Below, piece by piece: positions 55,887 through 64,000 of a DNA stretch of 64,000 nt (positions are counted from its first letter, which is position 1; each line of letters begins with the position of its first letter). The notes under the pieces were generated by a model, which worked only from the letters and a program-made list of their open reading frames with translations, was not told the DNA's origin and searched no databases. Source of the stretch: Reclinomonas americana ATCC 50394. Lineage: Eukaryota. The stretch spans positions 1,922,001-1,986,000 of the forward strand of contig PS015009.1 in assembly GCA_048213135.1 (NCBI GenBank). The letters run 5' to 3'. The position numbers and the translations under genes are program-made.

Positions 55887-56954
55887 TTATTTACTTTCTT
55901 TTTCAAACGCCTGCATGGCTTCCACCAGCACTTCTACACTGCTGATAGGCAGTGCATTATACAATGATGCCCTGAACCCGCCCACCAGGCGGTGTCCTTT
56001 GATCCCCACAATGCCGCGTTCTTTCACAAAGTCGAGGAAGCCAGCTTCCAGTCCGGGATTATTCATCACAAAGCATACGTTCATTTTGCTTCTGTCCGGG
56101 ACCATGGCGGTACCGGTGAACAGGCTGTTGCGGTCAATCTCGGCATACAGGGCGGCTGCTTTGGCATCGTTCAGCTTTTCCACTGCGGCCACGCCACCCA
56201 TCTGTTTCAGCCAGCGCAGGGTGAGGAGGCATACATAAATGGCGAACACGGGAGGCGTATTCAGCATGCTGCCCTCTTTAATATGGTTGCGGTAGTCCAT
56301 AATGGTAGGGATATTGCGTTTTACCCTGCCCAGGATGGAAGGTTTTACCACCACAAGGTTTACACCGGCCGGACCCATGTTTTTCTGGGCGCCGGCATAG
56401 ATAAGATCGAAGGCGTTAAAATCGATCACACGACTGAAGATATCACTGCTCATATCAGCTACCAGCGGGTTGCTGGTCCTGGGTATCTTCTGCCACTGGG
56501 TACCATAAATGGTATTGTTGGTCGTAATATGGAGGTATTTGCAGTCGTTGGGAACGGCAAAATCCTTGGGTATAAAATTGAAATTGGCTTCACGGCTGCT
56601 GCACACTATTTCCACCTTGCCATAGAGTTTGGCTTCCCTGATGGCCTTGGTACTCCAAACACCGGTATCGGTAAAGGCGGCGGTTTCCTTATCGTCGAGC
56701 AGGTTCATAGGTACCTGCATGAACTGCGTGGAAGCACCCCCATGCAGGAACAGCACTTCATGCTCATTATCCAGCTGCATGAGCTCTTTTACCAGGGCAC
56801 GGGCTTCGTCCATTACTGCCTGGAAAAGAGGGGTGCGATGGCCGATCTCAAGTATGGAAAGCCCTGTATTGTTATAGTTAATTACCGCCTGTGAAGCCTC
56901 TTCAAAAACAGAACGCGGCAGGATGGAGGGCCCTGCATTGAAATTGTGTACCAT
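55887..56954 (-). CDS. serC: Phosphoserine aminotransferase
   Basis: 'NFNAGP', 'GGASTQF', 'NNTIYG', 'DMSSD', 'YAGAQKNMGPAG', 'NTPP', 'GHRLVGGFRASLYNA'. Confidence 0.97.
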   Translation of the reverse strand: MVHNFNAGPSILPRSVFEEASQAVINYNNTGLSILEIGHRTPLFQAVMDEARALVKELMQLDNEHEVLFLHGGASTQFMQVPMNLLDDKETAAFTDTGVWSTKAIREAKLYGKVEIVCSSREANFNFIPKDFAVPNDCKYLHITTNNTIYGTQWQKIPRTSNPLVADMSSDIFSRVIDFNAFDLIYAGAQKNMGPAGVNLVVVKPSILGRVKRNIPTIMDYRNHIKEGSMLNTPPVFAIYVCLLTLRWLKQMGGVAAVEKLNDAKAAALYAEIDRNSLFTGTAMVPDRSKMNVCFVMNNPGLEAGFLDFVKERGIVGIKGHRLVGGFRASLYNALPISSVEVLVEAMQAFEKESK

Positions 56955-57049
56955 CTTAAAAAATTAAGTGGCGAAATTACGATTAAGGATTGAGAAAGAT
57001 GAGCTGATGGGGATAATGTCTTCCACATTATACAAAACCCGCCGGCCCA

Positions 57050-57239
57050 AATCCGTCTATCCGCCGGCTCAATATAACTGCATACACTTATATACCTGCA
57101 TACGCATGTTCGTACATCAGCATACTCAGACATAAGTCTATCTATACTGCGTTCACACATCTGCATATCCTCACATTCACACATCCGCCTATCCATGCAT
57201 CTGCACATTCGCATATCCGCCCATCCGCCCATTCACACC
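57050..57239. repeat. Degenerate 8-bp tandem repeat array (consensus about TYYGCAYA)
   Basis: Eleven in-phase units at 57152-57239 (ttcacaca tctgcata tcctcaca ttcacaca tccgccta tccatgca tctgcaca ttcgcata tccgccca tccgccca ttcacacc), decaying leftward. Confidence 0.85.
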
Positions 57240-57243
57240 ATCC

Positions 57244-58221
57244 TCAAAACTCCTCCCTTCCTATCATTTTCGAAGCGCTGTTCCATTGCCGGTTCAGCTC
57301 CTCAAATTCTTTACGGTCGGTTTCTGATAATTGTTGTTGCGCAAGCGGTTTCAGGTCGGGCTGACCGGCATTTACCCAGGCGGTATACCAGAAGGAGGCC
57401 ACAGCAAAAATGGACTGCCGCATTCTTTGTTCCACCATACCACCCAGTTTTTTGTTGTAGGCGACTGTGTATGCTTCCGCGTATTGCCGTACTATTTTTC
57501 CATTCTTTTCCTCGAAGGCAAAACGCCTGTCATCGCGGAACTGCCGGCTCAGTTGTTTTTCCAGCAGAAGAACAGTATCAGCTTCCCGGGCGCTTTCGAG
57601 CACCCGCTTCCAGATAAATATACCCGGGTCGGCGAGGTATTGCGCTTTACCAATAAAAAAGTCAAACTCTTTTTCCGCCAGCAGTTCAGGAATACGGCTT
57701 TCCCAAAAACCGTGAATGCCCACCTGGTTGGTCAGTTGCCCGTTGTGGTTACTGCTGGCATGCAGGGGTACATGGGCATCGGCAATATAATGCCCGATCT
57801 CGGCGCTGTTCTTCAGTATCCGTACCAGGTCTTTTTTCCTGAACGCGTCTGTAAGCCGGTACAGCATCGTTTGTATATGCCAGGGTACTATACCGTGGGC
57901 CTGCAGACTGTCGCGGCTGAATTTCAGTTCCGCTTCCTGGTATCGGTGCGGCAGGCCGGGGTAGGGATAAACACCATAATGGTCGATGTCGATATAATGG
58001 CGGGGACCCTCTTCAGCAACCGCGTATCTTCTTTTGTCGGGATCAACGGCATGCTCCTTCAAAAAACCGATCTGCGGTTTGTAGAGCACCATCATTTCCG
58101 GGGGTAATAAAAAGACAGCATAATAATTGATCTGCCGGTGCCCGTAAAAGCCCCAGCCCAGGCAGGTGTGACAAGCGGATGCCAGCAGAATGATGAAAAG
58201 GGAACGGATAACCATGGTCAT
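57244..58221 (-). CDS. S1/P1 nuclease / zinc-dependent phospholipase C family protein
   Basis: Mature N-terminus 'WGFYGH'; 'HYIDID', 'GHYIADAHVPLH', 'GIHGFWES'. Confidence 0.88.
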   Translation of the reverse strand: MTMVIRSLFIILLASACHTCLGWGFYGHRQINYYAVFLLPPEMMVLYKPQIGFLKEHAVDPDKRRYAVAEEGPRHYIDIDHYGVYPYPGLPHRYQEAELKFSRDSLQAHGIVPWHIQTMLYRLTDAFRKKDLVRILKNSAEIGHYIADAHVPLHASSNHNGQLTNQVGIHGFWESRIPELLAEKEFDFFIGKAQYLADPGIFIWKRVLESAREADTVLLLEKQLSRQFRDDRRFAFEEKNGKIVRQYAEAYTVAYNKKLGGMVEQRMRQSIFAVASFWYTAWVNAGQPDLKPLAQQQLSETDRKEFEELNRQWNSASKMIGREEF

Positions 58222-58299
58222 TTCTTTTCATAAAAATAGAAAGACCGGCATCCACAACAAGGTGAAAAAAACACTAAGAAAGTGTGATTTTTCTCGGAG

Positions 58300-58938
58300 T
58301 CATTTCAGCGATTCCTCCTGCTGTTTGTAATGGTGATCATCAGCAATATCCGTTACCCCGCCGCTTACGGCAAACTTCATGGTATCGGCAGCACTGATGT
58401 GCTCAATGGGTTTTACCCTGCTTTTGGGGATCACGTATACATTGCCGGCTACGGAGTAAGCCATGGGTATGTATACGGTTACATAATCGATGAGTTCGAA
58501 GTCGGTCATATCGTCGCGGGTAATGAAACCGAAGCGCCATACGTCGTTGTCATCCACATTGGCCAGCACATGTTTGGTGAACTTCTTTTTATCACCGGCA
58601 AAAGCCTCAAAAAAGTCGCGGGTAGTGGAATAGATATGTTTGATGCCGGGCGTTTTTTCCAATACACGGTCCATAAAACTCACAATACGGCTGGTAATGA
58701 AGAAGGAACTGAAGTAGCCCAGCACAATAATTACAGCAATAATGATTACGAAGCCGATGCCGTAATTACGTACATGCACCTGCCCCTGGCTGTCGGTGTA
58801 CGTAAAAATAGGGATGAGGTTATCGATTGACGACACCACAAAATAAATGGCATAGGCGGTAATGGCCACCGGCGCCAGTATGAGCAATCCCTGCAGAAAA
58901 TACTGAAGCAGTCTTTTGTACTCGAAGGGCTTCTTCAT
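58300..58938 (-). CDS. DUF502 family membrane protein
   Basis: 'FLQGLLILAP', 'PGIKHIYS', 'GFIT', 'VYIP', 'VSGG'. Confidence 0.9.
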   Translation of the reverse strand: MKKPFEYKRLLQYFLQGLLILAPVAITAYAIYFVVSSIDNLIPIFTYTDSQGQVHVRNYGIGFVIIIAVIIVLGYFSSFFITSRIVSFMDRVLEKTPGIKHIYSTTRDFFEAFAGDKKKFTKHVLANVDDNDVWRFGFITRDDMTDFELIDYVTVYIPMAYSVAGNVYVIPKSRVKPIEHISAADTMKFAVSGGVTDIADDHHYKQQEESLK

Positions 58939-59104
58939 AAACGGTTAGTTTAGAGGGCAAAGATAGGTGATTTGATTAGGGGCGACGGACGACAGGCCTT
59001 GAGTTACAATCATTATGTCTGTAATCATATACCCTGGTCGTCTGTTGCCTTACTACCCGCTCACCACCCATCCCCCGGTAAACACCGCTTGACAAAAAAA
59101 TCTC

Positions 59105-59143
59105 ATGGAAACTTTGGTAACAAAAAAAGTTTCCATAGTTTTG
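59105..59143. promoter_or_regulatory. TetR operator overlapping the promoter
   Basis: ATGGAAACTTT-N10-AAAGTTTCCAT perfect 11-bp arms (59105-59136), abutting TAGTTTTG (59136-59143). Confidence 0.75.
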
Positions 59144-59152
59144 TGCCCGATT

Positions 59153-59797
59153 ATGACAGACATACCAGCCATAAATGAACGCATCAGGCTAAAGGCCAAC
59201 GACCTGTTCTTCCAGTACGGGTTGCGCAGCGTAAGCATGGATGATATTGCCAACAGCCTGGGAATCAGCAAGAAAACCATTTACCAGTACTATGCCGATA
59301 AAGACGAACTGGTAGACGCGGTGATCACCCAGGTAATAGGCGACAACCAGAAATACTGCGATATGGACCGGCAGGAATCGGAAAATGCCATTCATGAAGT
59401 GTTCCTGGCCATGGAATTCATGATGCAGATCTTCCGCTCCATGAACCCGTCGCTGATGTATGATATGCAGAAATATCATCCCAAAACCTTCGAAAGGTTC
59501 TCCAAACACAAGAACGACTACCTCTATAATATGATCCGTGAAAACCTGCAAAGGGGCATAAAAGAAGAACTGTACAGGCCCGAACTGAAAGTGGATGTAT
59601 TGGCACGGTTTAGGGTGGAAAGTGTGATCCTGCCCTTCAACCCCGAGTTCCACACCCGGGTAAAGCAGGGCCTCGCGGAAATAGAAGAAGAAATGACGCT
59701 GCACTTCCTGTACGGACTGGTGTCGCAAAAAGGATACAAACTCACTATAAAATATCAACAGGAAAGATTCAAAAAACAATTAGCTGATGCAAAATAA
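59153..59797 (+). CDS. TetR/AcrR-family regulator
   Basis: HTH 'VSMDDIANSLGISKKTIYQYY.DKDEL'. Confidence 0.94.
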   Translation: MTDIPAINERIRLKANDLFFQYGLRSVSMDDIANSLGISKKTIYQYYADKDELVDAVITQVIGDNQKYCDMDRQESENAIHEVFLAMEFMMQIFRSMNPSLMYDMQKYHPKTFERFSKHKNDYLYNMIRENLQRGIKEELYRPELKVDVLARFRVESVILPFNPEFHTRVKQGLAEIEEEMTLHFLYGLVSQKGYKLTIKYQQERFKKQLADAK

Positions 59798-61130
59798 AAG
59801 AACAACAGGATGGAGCGCACTGGTCATGCTGCTGGTGATGACCACTGCTACCGCCAACGCACAGACGAAGAATGAATTTTCGGTAAAGCAGGCAGTGGAT
59901 TATGCCTCCAAGAACGCGGTACAGGTTAAGAACGCCCTGCTCGACATCCAGATACAAAAACAAACCAACAGGGAATTCACCGCTGCGGCTTACCCGCAAC
60001 TGAGCGCCAGCGGAACCGTGAATGATTATCTCGACATTCCGACAAGCCTCCTCCCGGCGGAAGTATTCGGCGGCACAGCCGGCACTTTCATACCGGTTAA
60101 GTTCGGTACCAAATATAACGCCAGTGGTGGTTTTGACGCATCGCAGCTGCTCTTCGACGGACAGGTGTTCATTGGCCTGAAGGCAAGGAGTTCTGCTATG
60201 GACCTGGCTACCAAAGTAGCGGAGATCACTACAGACCAGATCAAAGCGAACGTATATAAAATATATTACCAGCTGGTGGTGGGACAAAAACAATTGGGCA
60301 GTATCGATGCCAATATTCAGCGGTTTGAAAAATTGCTGAGTGATGTGAAGGAGATATTCAAACAGGGCTTCGCGGAAAGGCTGGACGTGGACAAGGTACA
60401 GGTGCAATTGAATAACCTGAAGACAGAAAAAGTAAAGATGGAGAATACACTCCGTACCGGTAATGCGGGGCTGAAATTCCTGATGAACATGCCGCAGAAA
60501 GAAACCCTTGTGCTTACAGATACGCTGAGCGAAGAGGAACTGAAGACCAACATCCTGGATGAGACTTATGATTTCAAGCAGAGTAAAGAATTCCAGGCGA
60601 TGACGCTGACGGTAAAGCTGAATAAATATAATGTAAGAAGGTACCAGTTGAGCAAACTGCCTACGCTGGCAGCCTTTGGCTCTTACACCAAGAATGCGCA
60701 GCGCAACACCTTCGACTTTTTTGGTAAAGGCGACTGGTTTACCACATCGCTGATCGGGCTGAAACTGAACGTTCCCATCTTCAGCGGTTTTGGAAAGAAC
60801 GCCAGTATAGCGAAAGCCAGGTACCAGTTACAGCAATCAGAAAATAACCTGGCCCAGGCACAGGAGAAAATTGATTATGATGTGGCCGATGCCCGCAGCC
60901 GTATGACAAGTGCTTTGCTGACGATGGATGCGCAAAAACAGAACATCGAACTGGCCGAGAAGGTATACAATACCACCAAGCTGAAATTTGAACAGGGTTT
61001 AGGCAGCAACCAGGAGATCTATGATGCGCACACTGAATTAAAAGTATCGCAGAACAATTATTATAACTCCCTGTACGATGCCATCACTTCCAAAATCGAT
61101 TACCTGAGGGCTGTGGGAAGGCTGCCATAA
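59787..61130 (+). CDS. TolC-family outer membrane protein
   Basis: Signal peptide; 'SQLLFDG', 'LNVPIFSG', 'KFEQGL'; helical OEP repeats. Confidence 0.92.
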   Translation: MQNKRTTGWSALVMLLVMTTATANAQTKNEFSVKQAVDYASKNAVQVKNALLDIQIQKQTNREFTAAAYPQLSASGTVNDYLDIPTSLLPAEVFGGTAGTFIPVKFGTKYNASGGFDASQLLFDGQVFIGLKARSSAMDLATKVAEITTDQIKANVYKIYYQLVVGQKQLGSIDANIQRFEKLLSDVKEIFKQGFAERLDVDKVQVQLNNLKTEKVKMENTLRTGNAGLKFLMNMPQKETLVLTDTLSEEELKTNILDETYDFKQSKEFQAMTLTVKLNKYNVRRYQLSKLPTLAAFGSYTKNAQRNTFDFFGKGDWFTTSLIGLKLNVPIFSGFGKNASIAKARYQLQQSENNLAQAQEKIDYDVADARSRMTSALLTMDAQKQNIELAEKVYNTTKLKFEQGLGSNQEIYDAHTELKVSQNNYYNSLYDAITSKIDYLRAVGRLP

Positions 61131-61177
61131 AACCGGAACCAACGAATAAAAATTAAATAAAGAATCAATCAACCGAT

Positions 61178-62374
61178 ATGCAAAATATAACAAAACTAAG
61201 TGCAGCTTTACTGGTAATAGTACTGGCCGCTTCATGCAACAGCAGTAAGAAGGATGACAACGCTGCGCTGAATGATAAGAAAGTTGAATTGGAAAAGCTG
61301 AAAAAGGAAAAATCATCCCAGGATGATAAGATCAAAGCTTTGGAAAACGATATCGCCAGGCTGGATACCAATGCCACAAAAGCCAATGCCAAACTGGTAG
61401 CCATAGCACCGGTGAGCACACAGGATTTCAAACATTATATCGAACTGCGTGGAAAAGTGGATGCGGATAATATTTCTTACATAACCCCGCGTTTGGGTGG
61501 TGCACAGGTAAAGGCCATTTATGTTCGCCAGGGAGAGTATGTTAAAAAAGGGCAGCTTTTATTGAAAATGGATGATGCACTCATACGTCAGCAAATCAAC
61601 GCTTCAAAGCAACAGTCTGAAGGTGTAAAAGTACAGTTGAACTATGCAAAGAATATCGCCCAGCGCCAGCAAAACCTCTGGGATAAAGGTATCGGAACAG
61701 AAGTACAGCTGATCACGGCAAAGAACAACGTATCCAGCCTGGAAGAACAGCTGAAATCTGCCAATGAACAAACACAGATATTGGTCGAACAGTCGAAAGC
61801 TGCCAACGTGTACAGCGATGTAGACGGAATCGCCGATGAAGTGAATGTACGCGTAGGTGAGATATTCAACGGTATGGGGCAGATCAAGATCGTAAACACC
61901 AGCAGCCTGAAGGTGGTGGTTAATATCGCGGAGAATTACATCACCAAACTGAGTAAAGGCGCAGCGGTTGTGGCAACCATGCCGGACGTGAATAAAACCT
62001 ACAACTCTACACTTTCTTATATCGGGCAGTCTATCGGCCTCAACACCATCGGGTTTGTGGCGGAAGCGAAATTGCCCAGGGACCCGCTTTTAAAACCCAA
62101 TCAGTCGGCCGTAGTAAGAATACTGGATTACAGTGCGCCCAACGCTATTGTTATCCCGGTAAACACGATACAAACAGATGAGAAAGGCAAGTATGTTTTT
62201 GTTCTGCAAAAAGCGCCGAACGGAACCAGTACCGCGAAGAAAAAACCGGTAGTAATGGGTGAAGTTTTTGGTGAAATGGCAGAGATCAAAGGTGGTTTGA
62301 CCGTAGGTGAACAATTGATCACGGAAGGATACCAGAGCATTTATGAAGGACAATTGATCAGTGTGGCCAAGTAA
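61178..62374 (+). CDS. RND efflux periplasmic adaptor (MFP)
   Basis: Lipobox AASC; 'QGEYVKKGQLLLK', 'LKPNQ', 'IVIP', 'GLTVGE'. Confidence 0.93.
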   Translation: MQNITKLSAALLVIVLAASCNSSKKDDNAALNDKKVELEKLKKEKSSQDDKIKALENDIARLDTNATKANAKLVAIAPVSTQDFKHYIELRGKVDADNISYITPRLGGAQVKAIYVRQGEYVKKGQLLLKMDDALIRQQINASKQQSEGVKVQLNYAKNIAQRQQNLWDKGIGTEVQLITAKNNVSSLEEQLKSANEQTQILVEQSKAANVYSDVDGIADEVNVRVGEIFNGMGQIKIVNTSSLKVVVNIAENYITKLSKGAAVVATMPDVNKTYNSTLSYIGQSIGLNTIGFVAEAKLPRDPLLKPNQSAVVRILDYSAPNAIVIPVNTIQTDEKGKYVFVLQKAPNGTSTAKKKPVVMGEVFGEMAEIKGGLTVGEQLITEGYQSIYEGQLISVAK

Positions 62375-62412
62375 GGAACCAAAACATTGCAAACTGCAAA
62401 ACAGCATTACAG

Positions 62413-64000
62413 ATGAAACAAAATTTGGAAGGAATATCTAAAAAATTCAAGCAATTTTTTATGACCAGCTGGGCGGTGGATAACCGTACGGCTGTATATA
62501 TCATCACCATTATTATCAGTATATACGGGCTAATGAAGTTTACCAGCATGCCCAAAGAACAGTATCCTGATATTGTGGTGCCCACCATCAGTATCACTAC
62601 CATTTATGCGGGTAACTCGCCAAAAGATATTGAGAACCTAGTAACACAACCGATCGAGAAAGAACTGAAAGGTATCAGTGGCGCCAAGGTGAAAAAGATC
62701 AACAGTATTTCCCAGCAGGACTATAGCCTGATCATCGTGGAATTTGATACGGATGTAAAAACAGACCTGGCCAAACTGAAGGTCACCGACGCGATAGACC
62801 GGGCCAAAAGTGATCTGCCGAATGATCTTACATCTGAACCCGTGGCCCAGGAATTCGCCTTCAGTGAAATGCCCATCATGTTTGTGAACGTGAGCGGCAA
62901 TTACGATGGTTTGAAATTGAAAATGTATGCTGAGGACCTGCAGGATGAATTCGAAAATCTTCCCGAGATCAACCGTGCTGACATTATCGGCGCTCCGGAA
63001 AGGGAAATACAGATCAATGCCGATCCGTATAAAATGCAGGCGGCCAGGATCACCTTTAACGATATTGAAGGTGCAGTAAGCAGGGAAAACCATGATATTA
63101 CGAGCGGACAGATAGATGTGGGTACACAGGAACGTACCATGAAAGTAAAAGGCCAGTTCGTTGACGCCACGAGTATGAGGGATATTATTGTGCGCAGCAG
63201 TGCGCAGGGCGGCTGGGCCTATCTCCGCGATATCGCTGAAGTAAAAGATACCGTAAAAGAAAAAGACAGTTATGCCCGTTTGAACGGCCAGAATGTGGTA
63301 ACCATCAATATCGTAAAGCGTGCTGGTGAGAACCTGATCAACGCGGCAACAAAAGTGAAGGAAATCGTTGCCAATATGAAGAAAAAAGGCGATCTGCCGG
63401 GCAACCTCGATGTAGTGATCACCGGTGACCAGAGTAAAGCCACAGCCACCTCATTCAATGAACTGGTGAATACGATCATTATCGGGTTTGTACTGGTATT
63501 GGTGGTACTGATGTTCTTTATGGGTGTAACCAATGCCTTCTTTGTGGCGTTGAGTGTGCCGCTGAGTGTGTTTGTCTCCTTCCTGGGGCTGCCGATAGCG
63601 GATATGATCATTGGAACAACAGTAACCCTCAACTTTATCGTACTATTCGCATTGCTTTTCGGTTTGGGTATTATTGTGGATGACGCGATTGTGGTAATTG
63701 AGAACACCCACCGGATATACCATAATGGTAAAGTGCCGATCGTCCGAAGCGCTAAAGAAGCGGCAGGCGAGGTTTTCATCCCGGTGCTGGCAGGTACGGC
63801 CACTACACTTGCGCCATTTTTCCCATTACTGTTCTGGAAAGGGATCATCGGTAAATTCATGATCTACCTGCCTACCATGCTCATATTGACGCTGGCGGCA
63901 TCACTGATCGTAGCCTTCTTCTTCAACCCGGTATTCGCGGTAAGCTTTATGCGCCCCGAAGGGAAAGAGTACGAGGAACCTAAAAAATTACTCTTCAGAA
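62413..64000 (+). CDS. RND efflux permease (3'-truncated by window edge)
   Basis: MKQNLEG...MPKEQYPDIVVP...'GIIVDDAIVVIEN'; open to the window end, so missing from the ORF track. Confidence 0.95.
   Translation, partial: MKQNLEGISKKFKQFFMTSWAVDNRTAVYIITIIISIYGLMKFTSMPKEQYPDIVVPTISITTIYAGNSPKDIENLVTQPIEKELKGISGAKVKKINSISQQDYSLIIVEFDTDVKTDLAKLKVTDAIDRAKSDLPNDLTSEPVAQEFAFSEMPIMFVNVSGNYDGLKLKMYAEDLQDEFENLPEINRADIIGAPEREIQINADPYKMQAARITFNDIEGAVSRENHDITSGQIDVGTQERTMKVKGQFVDATSMRDIIVRSSAQGGWAYLRDIAEVKDTVKEKDSYARLNGQNVVTINIVKRAGENLINAATKVKEIVANMKKKGDLPGNLDVVITGDQSKATATSFNELVNTIIIGFVLVLVVLMFFMGVTNAFFVALSVPLSVFVSFLGLPIADMIIGTTVTLNFIVLFALLFGLGIIVDDAIVVIENTHRIYHNGKVPIVRSAKEAAGEVFIPVLAGTATTLAPFFPLLFWKGIIGKFMIYLPTMLILTLAASLIVAFFFNPVFAVSFMRPEGKEYEEPKKLLFR

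Noticed and set aside
56882-57232. 116-aa Met/Cys-rich ORF
   Set aside because: It is a translation artefact of the 8-mer repeat array and overlaps the serC start.
57050-57239. CRISPR array
   Set aside because: The units are contiguous 8-mers without unique spacers, and there are no cas genes.

Overview
This is a 64-kb chromosomal segment from a Bacteroidota genome, most likely Chitinophagaceae. The assignment is inferred from a SusC/SusD pair, T9SS type-A C-terminal domains, TAnnTTTG-type -7 promoters and A-rich start contexts lacking Shine-Dalgarno sites. In order, the window holds: the end of a SusC-SusD-DUF1735 locus; two separate operons that each pair a phage-tail-fibre/adhesin-like protein lacking an export domain with a T9SS cargo protein, the second next to a TPR histidine kinase/NarL pair; a trans-sulfuration enzyme and APC permease; an MbnP / di-haem peroxidase / Cys-motif barrel / YHS cluster headed by a leaderless Cys-rich ORF ending in FHPP; a cobalamin riboswitch with btuB, a CWC protein and a Dph6-like ATPase; marC; tRNA-Arg(CCG); a hybrid kinase/LytTR module; SDR, AraC and methyltransferase genes; an orphan metzincin-lectin fusion; alkA; a TetR-RND efflux operon containing an unannotated mini-ORF that copies the pump's C-terminal tail; a 9-PAS kinase with a UvrY-like regulator; fadD, TPR, DUF1015, serC, S1/P1-like and DUF502 genes; and a second TetR-RND operon running off the end. 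I found no CRISPR array, integrase or transposase. All family assignments come from motif recognition by eye, and no database searches were run.
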